DNA of 64,000 nucleotides from Candidatus Thalassarchaeaceae archaeon. GTDB taxonomy: Archaea > Thermoplasmatota > Poseidoniia > Poseidoniales > Thalassarchaeaceae. A program made the position numbers and the translations under genes. Shown here piece by piece: positions 25,062-34,826 of the stretch (positions are counted from its first letter, which is position 1; each line of letters starts with the position of its first letter). The notes below the pieces were generated by a model, which had not been told where the DNA came from, made no database searches, and saw only the letters and a list, made by a program, of their open reading frames with translations. The stretch spans positions 41,779 to 105,778 of the forward strand of contig JAJPRD010000003.1 in NCBI GenBank assembly GCA_023700255.1, given 5' to 3'.

Positions 25062-27596
25062 ATGACTAGTATGGGAGTGGCCACTCGTCCCGGTGTCCAA
25101 GAGAGGATTCTCTTACATCTTAGAGACTATGTGGAACACTCTGGGAGAGTTGAAGTACCTTTTGCTCTTTCTCAAATGGGCATAGCCAATGCTGTAGCAA
25201 TAGCGCGATCAAATGTCCCTAGGGCTATATCTGGCATGAGGGAGCAGGGACTTCTTGTTGAGAAACAGGCTCATGTTACTGGTGTTTCACGTAAAAGAAA
25301 AGCATATTTTCTAACTGATGATGGGATTAAAGTTGCCAATGGTATTTGGGATAAAGTTAGTGCTCAACCAGTACGCTTGAAACATTCAGATGGTCGTATA
25401 GATAATGTATCACTTGTTAATGCATTAGAATTAACTAATTTACCTCTAAGACATGTTGATATTTTGAGGTATATTGACGATAATGGTAGTATTGATTTAT
25501 CGATACTTTCTGCTGAATTAATTGAGCGTGATTTATCTAAACATATTGAAAAACAGTTGGTGACATCTTTCAATGATCTCCCTCGAACCAGGAAGTTCTT
25601 TGGTAGGGAGAAAGAAGTTGATGACATGGTAAAATTGCTTGAAGTGAGGTCCTCTTCTATACTTGTGCCGGGGATAGCTGGAATAGGAAAAACCGCCTTA
25701 GCCGGTAAAATACTTGAACGTTTTACTCATGAAAGAAATCTTTTATATCACCGCTGTCAAGACTGGGAAGGGTCGAGATCATTCCTTGAAGCTACTGCTG
25801 AATGGCAATCTACAATGGGTTGTAACGATTTATCTGATTATTTATCAGCTACTTCAATCCCTCAATCTAATATAGCTATAGATTTGATATTAAAAGGTCT
25901 AATTAATTCACCTAGTTTAATTGTAATTGATGACTTACACAAGGTGGGTGATGAAACTTTAATTACTATCTTAAGAGGCATTTGTATGAAAATACCTGAT
26001 CTTGATCAGGTCGGTGTAGTTATGTTTTCTAGGTCGTTCAGAATGGTGGTTCCAGAGAAAGATTCAGAGGGTAAAATCTTAACTTTAGTAATGCCATTAG
26101 ACGGTCTAGATAAAGAGTCCAGTAAACAAATTCTTTCATCTATGCCAGATATGGATTCCTCCGAATTCCTTCATATTTATTCTCTTTCACGTGGTCATCC
26201 ACTAGTTTTAGAATTAATCAATAGAGGAAGTGTTGGTGGGACATTCCATGCTACTTTAGAGACATTTGTCGAGAAAGAAATTTTTAGCCGTTTATCTGGT
26301 CCTCAGAAAAGACTTCTTGGAGCTATTGCGGTATTTAGAGAGCCTATGCCTTTAGACGCTCTCAGTGAATTAGATGCAGCGATTGATCTTTTAGATGAAT
26401 TGGTCGAAAAAGGATTAGCGCGACAGGCGGATAGTGAAAATTATGATGTTCATGACTTAGTTCGTGAATTCTTAGTCTTATCAATGGAGCAAAATTTACG
26501 TAATGAATTACATAGTAATGCAGTTAATTGGTATAGGGACCGTAAAGAGAGTGCAATGGATAGAATAGAGTTTATTCATCATCTTCATAATTCTGATCAA
26601 ATTGATGAGCTAACAGTGGTATTATCAACCGAGGGTCATACATTAGTCAAAGCAGGCCATACTGAACTCTTGGGGATATTAAGATCATTAGATAGAGAAG
26701 GTTTTGATTCGAAATCGTGGGTTATTGTTCGAGAACTTAGAGGAGATATTTTATCAATTCAAGGCAGGTGGAATGATGCTGAAAAAGAGTATGATTCTGC
26801 TATACCGATAGCTCGTAAAAATAAGCAAAACAAAGAACTTGCTAGGCTGCTATCATCTCGCGCTGATATAGCAGTTAAGAGAGGAGCCATGGATGATGCC
26901 TTAGAGCTGCACAGACAGGCTCTTGAAATCCAAATAAGTACTAGAGATGCAGTTTCTGCGGCTAGATCTTACAACAATATGGGTTATATTTTCCGTCGCC
27001 GCCGTGATAATAGGCACGCTCTAGAAGTTTATGGCAATGTAGAAGAATTGTTAGAATCTGAAGATAATCCCGAATTATGTGATTCACGTATCCGACTTGC
27101 ATCTGCTTTTCTAGAAATGGGTGAATTAGATCGTGCAAGAGACCATGCAATGTTAGCCCATGATGAAACTAAAAACAATGGACAAGATACCTTACATGCC
27201 AGAGCAAGAGCAGTATTGGGTAGGTATTATGCTAAAATAAAAGATAATGATTTAGCTATGCTACATTATTCAGGTGCTTTAGAAATACTTTCTGAACAAG
27301 CAGATCCACATAGCGCTGTAGAAGTTGAAATGTTACTGGGTCAAGTTCTTACTGATGCAAGTAGGAAAGAAGAGGCCTCTGAACATTATTTGAAAGGGCT
27401 CGCTTTAGCCGAAGCTAATGATTTCCGCCATTTGAAAGGTGAACTTTTAGCACGCCTAGGTGAAGTTGAGACTGACAGGTCACAAAGAATGGAATATCTT
27501 CAAAAAGCTCTATCTGTATTTAGGGAATTAGGGGCAAATGATCGTATGAAAGAAGTTCAAAACTCGGTTCATCGAGTAGTGATGGGTCATAGATGA
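25062..27596 (+). CDS. wHTH - AAA/STAND-like ATPase - TPR transcriptional regulator
   Basis: 844 aa. The N-terminal winged-helix-like region reads 'GIANAVAIARSNVPRAISGMREQGLLVEK...RKAYFLTDDG'. 'FFGREKEVDDM' precedes Walker A 'GIAGIGKT', and Walker B is 'LIVIDDLH'. The C-terminal approximately 300 aa carry TPR-like repeats ('ARSYNNMGYIFRRRRDNRHALEVY', 'AMLHYSGALEIL'). Confidence 0.75.
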   Translation: MTSMGVATRPGVQERILLHLRDYVEHSGRVEVPFALSQMGIANAVAIARSNVPRAISGMREQGLLVEKQAHVTGVSRKRKAYFLTDDGIKVANGIWDKVSAQPVRLKHSDGRIDNVSLVNALELTNLPLRHVDILRYIDDNGSIDLSILSAELIERDLSKHIEKQLVTSFNDLPRTRKFFGREKEVDDMVKLLEVRSSSILVPGIAGIGKTALAGKILERFTHERNLLYHRCQDWEGSRSFLEATAEWQSTMGCNDLSDYLSATSIPQSNIAIDLILKGLINSPSLIVIDDLHKVGDETLITILRGICMKIPDLDQVGVVMFSRSFRMVVPEKDSEGKILTLVMPLDGLDKESSKQILSSMPDMDSSEFLHIYSLSRGHPLVLELINRGSVGGTFHATLETFVEKEIFSRLSGPQKRLLGAIAVFREPMPLDALSELDAAIDLLDELVEKGLARQADSENYDVHDLVREFLVLSMEQNLRNELHSNAVNWYRDRKESAMDRIEFIHHLHNSDQIDELTVVLSTEGHTLVKAGHTELLGILRSLDREGFDSKSWVIVRELRGDILSIQGRWNDAEKEYDSAIPIARKNKQNKELARLLSSRADIAVKRGAMDDALELHRQALEIQISTRDAVSAARSYNNMGYIFRRRRDNRHALEVYGNVEELLESEDNPELCDSRIRLASAFLEMGELDRARDHAMLAHDETKNNGQDTLHARARAVLGRYYAKIKDNDLAMLHYSGALEILSEQADPHSAVEVEMLLGQVLTDASRKEEASEHYLKGLALAEANDFRHLKGELLARLGEVETDRSQRMEYLQKALSVFRELGANDRMKEVQNSVHRVVMGHR

Positions 27597-27613
27597 TTGA
27601 TGTATTTCTAAAA

Positions 27614-27631
27614 TTTTGTTTAAATTTTTTT
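27614..27631 (+). terminator. Oligo-T tract (TTTTGTTTAAATTTTTTT) downstream of the regulator gene
   Basis: A T4, T3, T7 series begins 18 nt after the stop at 27596. Archaeal intrinsic terminators are oligo-T runs. The tract overlaps the stop of the convergent MBL gene. Confidence 0.4.
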
Positions 27632-28418
27632 AACCAGCAATTATTTTAAAATTGGGACCATCTTGTCCGGAAATAAATATTGACCCTTCAAAATCATCTG
27701 ATATTTGCATCAAAACTTCACTTTCAGCTATATGCGGAGCATTATTTTTATCAGATAAATGACATAACACTATAGTTTTAAGATCTGGAGTCAGAATTTC
27801 ACTAAGTATATCTGCTGTTTGGCTATTCGATAAATGTCCTCCTCTACCTGTGATTCTTCTTTTCAATGAATCAGGATATGGTCCTTGCATCAATCGTTGA
27901 TGGTCGTAATTAGCTTCAATGGATATATGTGAACATCCTTTCAAGTGCCTTTTTAATTCTACAGTTGCTTCTCCTAAATCTGTGACAAAACCTGCTCTTA
28001 TACCATCTCCATTACTTACAATTAATGCAATATTTTCTGCATCATCATGAGGTACTGGAATCGGTAAAACACTAAGATTTCTACTAATTTCTAATCTTTC
28101 TAAGTTTGCGAATGTTCTGCATTCAGATATTGGATTCCATCCCATTTTTATTGCGGTTTCAGTATTTGAGTAGAGTCTTGCATTCCACTTTTCCGATGCT
28201 CTCAGAGCAGATTTCGAATGGTCACCATGGTGGTGAGTTACAATGATTGCATCTATGGTTTTGGGGTCAATACTTATTCTTGACAATCTCAATTCAGTTT
28301 GTTTAAGTGAGAACCCACAATCAATAAGAATTTTTGAATCATTCGATACTATAAGCGTAGCGTTACCTCTACTCCCTGACCCTAGGTGAGTAATCTCTAA
28401 TCCCATATCAATCATCAT
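27630..28418 (-). CDS. Metallo-beta-lactamase-fold hydrolase
   Basis: 262 aa with the 'IIVTHHHGDH' zinc motif, 'LIDCGFS' and a C-terminal 'LCHLS'. Confidence 0.8.
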   Translation of the reverse strand: MMIDMGLEITHLGSGSRGNATLIVSNDSKILIDCGFSLKQTELRLSRISIDPKTIDAIIVTHHHGDHSKSALRASEKWNARLYSNTETAIKMGWNPISECRTFANLERLEISRNLSVLPIPVPHDDAENIALIVSNGDGIRAGFVTDLGEATVELKRHLKGCSHISIEANYDHQRLMQGPYPDSLKRRITGRGGHLSNSQTADILSEILTPDLKTIVLCHLSDKNNAPHIAESEVLMQISDDFEGSIFISGQDGPNFKIIAG

Positions 28419-28547
28419 AATGGGGATGCGTTTAGCCCTTGAATCAATCTGTATTTTATGAATAAATCAATTACTTTTGATAGGGTAAATCTTAATCCGT
28501 ACTCACAGAATAATCTGTTCTTGTCCGAACGACGCTCCATCATGGTC

Positions 28548-28554
28548 ATAAATA
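28548..28554 (+). promoter_or_regulatory. TATA-like ATAAATA upstream of the TSP3/propeller megaprotein gene
   Basis: The element lies about 40-46 nt upstream of the ATG at 28594. This would give a short leader that still contains the SD. Position-based guess only. Confidence 0.3.
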
Positions 28555-28580
28555 CATGAAAGTCGCTAAGGGTAGTTAAG

Positions 28581-28590
28581 AGGAGGTGAT
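28581..28590 (+). promoter_or_regulatory. Perfect 10-nt Shine-Dalgarno AGGAGGTGAT
   Basis: Read directly, with a 3-nt spacer to the ATG at 28594. It is the full complement of the conserved 16S rRNA 3' tail (AUCACCUCCU). Confidence 0.65.
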
Positions 28591-28593
28591 ACC

Positions 28594-31500
28594 ATGAGGC
28601 GCAAACAAACAGCTCTACTTATGACAGTACTAATTCTCTCAAGTTTAGCCTTTGTTTCTCAAACTCGTCCTCAGGCTCCTGTAGAAAATACCAACCCTGG
28701 AGATGCTGCTGGAGGTGGACCTCCAGTAACCGATGAAGATGGTGATAGAATACCTGATTTTCATGAATCGGTATTATTTGGAGAAGATATCATGTATGAT
28801 ACTGGCTCCGAAATATTACAAATTTTCGGATTAGATTCTAAAAATGGAACAGATAATATGTCTGATCATGACAATGACGGTGCTAGCGCTTTACTAGAAT
28901 ATTGTTGGCCCTATACTTTAGATAAATGTTTCACTGATAGAGTTGCTTTAACTGGTAAACCTGCTGAACTAAGTGATTCAGGATTCCGCGAATGGCTTGA
29001 CCCTAGAGTTGCAGATACAGATGGTGATGGGCTTCCTGATGGCTATGAAATCTATATGTGCACAGAAGGTGGTTTAGGATACCTTAACACTACTAGTGCT
29101 TGGAATTGTCTTTGGTTTGATCCCTTAGACCCTAGTGATATGTGGGAAGATATTGATCGTTGCTATGATTTTACATTTGGTTGTGGAGATGGTTTTGATG
29201 TCGATCGTAACGGAGTCATTGATCTGACTGAAATGTATTCGAATTCAGAGGAGTATATTTTTGGTGCACCAGATGATTGGATTACTGAAAGAGACGGTCT
29301 CTGGTGTTTTGGTGAGATTAATTTATTGATGCCTGGATCCTGTCAAACAGCAGTAGAGAGACAAACCGGAGATGGTTGGCTTGGTAGCGACCCGACTGAA
29401 TCTGATTCCGATTACTATTCATGGGCTGAAGTTATTTCTGTAGGCCTTGTTGTGCCAGGTGATGGTATACCTGATGGTTGGGAAGTACATTATGGGTTAG
29501 ACCCCCGAAATGCTAGTGACTCAATAATTGATACTGACTTAGATGGATGGGATTTAGATAGGGATGGTTATGTGATACCAGATACGTCAGTCGCAACATC
29601 AAGTTGGGGTGAATCATTCAGTAATTATGAAGAATATATGATTCATTATGATTCAGGTATTTCAGTCACACCTGGATTACGCAGCATTGAAATTTCTAAT
29701 TCAGAGGGTATATTTTCAACTTTCGATCAATCAACTGACCCTCAATTAGTTGATGCTTCAGTTCACACTATAATACCCGATAATCAAAGAGATCGTTTAA
29801 TCATAGGTTCGAAATATGGAATAACAATATTTGATCCTTTCAATGAGTTATCTACTCTCCAAGAATTACCTGCTGGTGTTGAACTTAAATCTATGATGAA
29901 ATGGTCTAACAATAATGGGGATTATCTTGTAATGTCTACGAATTATGGTGTATCAGTTATAGAAATTCAGAATGGCATTCCATTAATTGAATCATTTTCG
30001 ATTGGAGCTGATGAATCTAGTGTATCCATTAGTTCAGTCAATGAAATGGTAGTACTGAATACCGGTAGTAGTAATTTAGACCTAATGATATTTTCAAACC
30101 AAGATGTTTGGACAATATCAATTGCTGATTTATCAATTAGTACACCAGTTCATTTAGATTCCATATCAGAGTTGTTAGTGAACAATGCCGCCAAGGTCAA
30201 TACTGCATTACACATGGAAATGGATGGACGTGGTCCATTACTATTGATTGGTACTGATGGTGGTTTAGTTGCTTGGAATACTACTGATGGTTCAGACTCA
30301 ACTGGAGATCCATGGTGGGTTTTTAATAGGGAGAATTCAGAAAATTTTGTTAAAAAAGCGGATTTACTTAATGTTTCTAAATCCGCAATTGTCAATATAA
30401 TCACTCCAGCAGGGCCAAAAGATTCCTCAGGTAATTATGAATTAATTACTGGTGCTTGGATTGGCACCGCAGGAGGACTTCATCTAGTTGATATCGAGAA
30501 AATAATCTCTATGCCAATTCTCGCTTTCGATTCGGATAGAATGTGGAAAGAAGAAAATTGGTTGTCTGGTTCTAATGACATCCATTCAATATATACTATC
30601 AACAATCAAATCATTGTTGGGTCAAGAGATGGTACATGGGTTCTAGATGGAGGGTACCAAGGTGTCACTGGTATTTCAGATAATCAAACATATTTACCCG
30701 GTTTAGTAAGTTCACTAGTTACCCTTGAGTCATCTACTTCTGTACATTTGTTCGCAGGAATCTCACCTGGCAGATATATGAATATAATGCCAATTGATCC
30801 TCGATCATCTGATTCTGATCTTGATGGTATGCCAGATGGTTGGGAATTTATTCATGGTTTAGATCCTACTGATCCATATGATAGAGATCGTGACGCAGAT
30901 GCAGATGGTGTACACTATAATCCTGAAATCGGCGAAGGTATTGATAGAAGTTGGACTAATCTTGATGAATTCCGATTTATTACTAATTCAGAAAATGGAT
31001 TTAATGGTACTGATCCAAGAAATACAGATACTGATGGTGATGGCCTTAGTGATGGTGAAGAATATTGGGGTTGGTTTACGGAATCTACAAATTTCGATTG
31101 TCATTACCTTAATGAAGAATACATTTGTGATGAAGATGTAGGTATATTATCTCAGGCAGTTCACTTAGAAGGTTGGCTAGGTTCTGGGGCTGGTGGAGGA
31201 ACAGATGGACCCACTGATCCTACTAATATTGACACAGATAATGATGGTATGCCTGATGGATGGGAAATCTCTAATCGTCGCTGGATTGGTGATGTCTATA
31301 ATGGAGGTAATTTGTGGACATTAGATCCTATGGATCCTAGTGATGCAGATGGTGATGCAGATAATGATGGGTTATCAAATCTTTGTGAATATAAATGGTC
31401 TAACCTTTTACAAGTTGTTTCTCAAGAAGGACTTCCATCTCACGGTGAAACATCAGATGCCGCTTTAAATTGGACAGCAACTGATCCAAATAATATTGAT

Positions 31501-34314
31501 TCAGATGGTGATTCTCTCCCCGATGGTTGGGAAGCAAGATATTCCTGTTCTTGGTCAGTAAACGCAGCTGGCATTAATCCTATGAATGGTTCTGATGCTC
31601 TTAATAATCCTGATGGTGATGGCTATGACGTTAATCACAATGGAGTTCTTGAATTAGAGGAAAGTCTTGTGAATTGGATGGAGTTCCATTGGAGATCAGA
31701 CTTGATATTCTCTGATCGTACTGATAATGGCATACCTTTCCCTGATAACTTCACTACCCTACTATTCAATGATACTTGGGAAAATTTTGCAGAGGGGTCA
31801 TTTGGTGAATATGCAACTGATTCGTATAATAATTTAATCAATGGAACTACTGAGATCGATATTGGCTCAGGAAATCCACTAAATGCAGATTCAGATAATG
31901 ATGGTATGCCTGACGGATGGGAATTTTTCCATGCTCGATGGAGTCTCTTTGATGGTTCATGGAGTTTGAATCCTGTCAATGAACAAGATCGCGTTGGAGA
32001 TCCAGATGGTGATGGAATGAATAATTGGGAAGAATATAATGTGATTTCTGGTGAATTTACAGAAATAAACTCTCTAATAACTGTCCCTCAATTTTACTTA
32101 CTCTATTTTGGAGGTGAGTACCTCCCTAACCCTTGGTTATCTGCTGAATCTGCTAGTTCGTTTGGTTCATTCCTAACTCCTGAACAAATTAATTTAACTG
32201 GTATGACCGCTGATCCAAATAATCCTGATACAGACGGTGATGGACTTTTAGATGGAATAGAGTTAATCTTTACAAAATGGAATTCTACTGATAATGTTTG
32301 GACTCTGAATCCTCTAGTGCCTAACGACGGAAACTATGATTCGGATAATGATGGTATTTCTGATCAAGTTGAGCTCAATTTGACTCTCAATAATCCATTC
32401 AATGGTGGTTTATCTCCTCCTGACGCTCCTCGCTTATGGGAAGAAGCCGAATATCTTGATCCATCTGAAGCCGAGAATCGTGTATATCGGATATTATTCA
32501 ACAAAGAAGGTAGAGCTCAACTCGCCTTACAACAGTTCCAAGATTGGCAAGGTGGTTCTTCGGCGAAACCTCTTCTCCAAGCATTATTTGGTATATCTGA
32601 CCCAACCTCTGTAGATACTGACAGAGATGGTATGAGTGATGGATATGAATACTGGTTTACTGAGTGGAACCTTGAAGATAATAAATGGGAAATGAATTTA
32701 CTTACTGATACTGATATTTCTTTTGATTCGGATGATGATTCATATGATTGTGATAATGATGGAGTGATTTCCCCGTCCGAAAGATTTGATAATTTAGCGG
32801 AATTTGAATCCAGAGTATATGGGAAAAAATTAGCAATAGATAGTATACCTAATGGAACTGGGCTTGTATCTTATGGAGCTGATGCAGTTAATGCATATAT
32901 CGATGAGCAGGGGATGAGTTATTCTGCAGCATTCAGTCAATTATATATTACATTCAGTACAAAATCTCTACTTTCTTCTGAGAAGTTAGGATTGATTAAT
33001 GAGATCAATAGTAATAATTTCAATATGAGTTTAGCTGGAATAAGCGATCCTACTGATTCAGATTCAGATAGGGATGGCATGCCTGATGGTTGGGAATACT
33101 GTTTCTCAGTTTATGGTGAGTATTTACCAATTAACGATTATAGATGGTCAATGAATCCAATAAATCCTCTTGATGTTAATTATGATCCAGATGCAGATGG
33201 CTGGTATGATAGGCAGTGGCTTGACAACTCTGCTACTCAAGGTACTTGGGATAATCGTCAGTTTACACCTTTTGGTTTAGAAAACCAAATAGATAATGGC
33301 ATACTTGGTTTATTCTATGGTAATTTAATGGAATACGATAATGGCACACATCCAATGGATCCAGATTCAGATGATGACTCAATGGTCATGGAACCTGTTT
33401 TCACAAATGGAGAAGTAACCGGGTATGTACGGAATATGAATCTAAGTGATGGTCGAGAAGTTTTCAAATATGGTACAAACCCTCTCGATAATGATACAGA
33501 TGGAGATATGATGCCTGATTTCTATGAATATTATAGAGGTTGGAATGAAACAAATGATAATTGGTCATCTTATCTTAAAATACAAGTTCAATGGGAACAA
33601 ATTTCATCCAATAATTGGAAACCAGTAGATTTATCTGATGGAATTATTTCACGTCCAGTCTTAGATTGGGTATGGTTTACTCACGATGCTACGAATGCAG
33701 ATGATGCTGGTCAAGATGCAGATAAAGATGGTGGATGGGATTGTTCAGGCGGTAATTGTGTCTATGAAAAATATAATAATTTCCAAGAATATTATGGTTT
33801 AGTTAATGCATCATTATCTTCCCCAACTCTTGTTCGCCAGGCTTTATTGAATGATTGTTCTGGAAATTATGTTGAAGAATGGTGGCAGTTAAGAGAATCT
33901 TTACTTGGAACCTGTTCTGGGTCTTCTGCACTGGCATCTAACTATTTTAGAATGTATAAAATTAATAATAATGATCAACTGTTTGCATTAATCATTGACG
34001 ATAAAGATGTTGATTATCAATACTTAGATACAACTGATGATGAAACCTTGTGCAGTGGTGAATGGACTGATTCATACGAAAGATTTGCAGGTGATCAATA
34101 CCATCTCCCTAATACCGGACTTGGTGAATATGTCTTTAGTTGGTGGGTTCTAGATATCGACGGCGATCAAATAGCTGATGGAACAGACCCTACGAACTGG
34201 GATACAGATGGCGATTGGCTCAATGACTATTTTGAAATTGAAGATGATATGATAGATGGGATCAGAGGCAACAGTGCATCTCCAATACGTTATGACGATA
34301 GAACTACGTCCTAG
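28594..34314 (+). CDS. Secreted TSP3-repeat megaprotein with a central beta-propeller (Reg_prop-like) region
   Basis: 1,906 aa with signal peptide 'ALLMTVLILSSLAFVSQTRPQAP' and about 25 DxDxDG motifs by eye ('DTDGDGLPDGYE', 'DSDLDGMPDGWE', 'DTDNDGMPDGWE', 'DSDRDGMPDGWE'). Propeller-blade-like repeats lie around nt 29660-30800 ('LLIGTDGGLVAWNTTDG', 'AWIGTAGGLHLVDIEK', 'IIVGSRDGTWVLDGG'). There is no C-terminal TM. Confidence 0.8.
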   Translation: MRRKQTALLMTVLILSSLAFVSQTRPQAPVENTNPGDAAGGGPPVTDEDGDRIPDFHESVLFGEDIMYDTGSEILQIFGLDSKNGTDNMSDHDNDGASALLEYCWPYTLDKCFTDRVALTGKPAELSDSGFREWLDPRVADTDGDGLPDGYEIYMCTEGGLGYLNTTSAWNCLWFDPLDPSDMWEDIDRCYDFTFGCGDGFDVDRNGVIDLTEMYSNSEEYIFGAPDDWITERDGLWCFGEINLLMPGSCQTAVERQTGDGWLGSDPTESDSDYYSWAEVISVGLVVPGDGIPDGWEVHYGLDPRNASDSIIDTDLDGWDLDRDGYVIPDTSVATSSWGESFSNYEEYMIHYDSGISVTPGLRSIEISNSEGIFSTFDQSTDPQLVDASVHTIIPDNQRDRLIIGSKYGITIFDPFNELSTLQELPAGVELKSMMKWSNNNGDYLVMSTNYGVSVIEIQNGIPLIESFSIGADESSVSISSVNEMVVLNTGSSNLDLMIFSNQDVWTISIADLSISTPVHLDSISELLVNNAAKVNTALHMEMDGRGPLLLIGTDGGLVAWNTTDGSDSTGDPWWVFNRENSENFVKKADLLNVSKSAIVNIITPAGPKDSSGNYELITGAWIGTAGGLHLVDIEKIISMPILAFDSDRMWKEENWLSGSNDIHSIYTINNQIIVGSRDGTWVLDGGYQGVTGISDNQTYLPGLVSSLVTLESSTSVHLFAGISPGRYMNIMPIDPRSSDSDLDGMPDGWEFIHGLDPTDPYDRDRDADADGVHYNPEIGEGIDRSWTNLDEFRFITNSENGFNGTDPRNTDTDGDGLSDGEEYWGWFTESTNFDCHYLNEEYICDEDVGILSQAVHLEGWLGSGAGGGTDGPTDPTNIDTDNDGMPDGWEISNRRWIGDVYNGGNLWTLDPMDPSDADGDADNDGLSNLCEYKWSNLLQVVSQEGLPSHGETSDAALNWTATDPNNIDSDGDSLPDGWEARYSCSWSVNAAGINPMNGSDALNNPDGDGYDVNHNGVLELEESLVNWMEFHWRSDLIFSDRTDNGIPFPDNFTTLLFNDTWENFAEGSFGEYATDSYNNLINGTTEIDIGSGNPLNADSDNDGMPDGWEFFHARWSLFDGSWSLNPVNEQDRVGDPDGDGMNNWEEYNVISGEFTEINSLITVPQFYLLYFGGEYLPNPWLSAESASSFGSFLTPEQINLTGMTADPNNPDTDGDGLLDGIELIFTKWNSTDNVWTLNPLVPNDGNYDSDNDGISDQVELNLTLNNPFNGGLSPPDAPRLWEEAEYLDPSEAENRVYRILFNKEGRAQLALQQFQDWQGGSSAKPLLQALFGISDPTSVDTDRDGMSDGYEYWFTEWNLEDNKWEMNLLTDTDISFDSDDDSYDCDNDGVISPSERFDNLAEFESRVYGKKLAIDSIPNGTGLVSYGADAVNAYIDEQGMSYSAAFSQLYITFSTKSLLSSEKLGLINEINSNNFNMSLAGISDPTDSDSDRDGMPDGWEYCFSVYGEYLPINDYRWSMNPINPLDVNYDPDADGWYDRQWLDNSATQGTWDNRQFTPFGLENQIDNGILGLFYGNLMEYDNGTHPMDPDSDDDSMVMEPVFTNGEVTGYVRNMNLSDGREVFKYGTNPLDNDTDGDMMPDFYEYYRGWNETNDNWSSYLKIQVQWEQISSNNWKPVDLSDGIISRPVLDWVWFTHDATNADDAGQDADKDGGWDCSGGNCVYEKYNNFQEYYGLVNASLSSPTLVRQALLNDCSGNYVEEWWQLRESLLGTCSGSSALASNYFRMYKINNNDQLFALIIDDKDVDYQYLDTTDDETLCSGEWTDSYERFAGDQYHLPNTGLGEYVFSWWVLDIDGDQIADGTDPTNWDTDGDWLNDYFEIEDDMIDGIRGNSASPIRYDDRTTS

Positions 34315-34355
34315 ACTTCACTGCATTAATTTGCTTGAACATTCACGGATAGTTC

Positions 34356-34826
34356 ATGAGCGATGAAGGGGAGATACCAAGTCCTTCCCAACCTATGGAA
34401 GAAAAGCTTCTTTTTCTTCAAGAAAATCTCTCAAATTTTGTCAAACAATACAATTTACCAATAATTGAATCTGCATTGGTTATCTCGAAATATTTGAATA
34501 TTCTTTTATCTGAATTACAAAAAATAGCTCTATCTGAAGGAGAGATTTTACCTGAGCATATTACTAAACCCTGGCCTATAATCAGCGTGATAGAACCTCC
34601 GCGTATCGATAATTTCCCTTTGGATAAATTAATGCAGACAATCGATAAAGATCGAATGGATATATTTGACACAATAATTAGAACTATCGTGAATGGTTCA
34701 GAAATACCATTTATTAATGTTGTAGCTTTAATGAGGGATTGGGAGAAAATAATCAGGACTCAATTGGCTAAATCAACCAGTCCTGGCCATCTTTTTAGCC
34801 CTTTAGAATTGCCTGAAGATTTTTAA
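34356..34826 (+). CDS. Hypothetical acidic cytosolic protein
   Basis: 156-aa ORF filling an otherwise empty gap. No motif recognised. Confidence 0.45.
   Translation: MSDEGEIPSPSQPMEEKLLFLQENLSNFVKQYNLPIIESALVISKYLNILLSELQKIALSEGEILPEHITKPWPIISVIEPPRIDNFPLDKLMQTIDKDRMDIFDTIIRTIVNGSEIPFINVVALMRDWEKIIRTQLAKSTSPGHLFSPLELPEDF

Noticed and set aside
30150-31979. Antisense or out-of-frame ORFs inside the 1,906-aa gene (30150-30404 minus, 30878-31141 plus, 31635-31979 minus, 32402-32614 plus).
   Set aside because: The explanation is the same as for the other TSP3 gene. These are low-complexity mirror translations with no start context and no recognisable motif.
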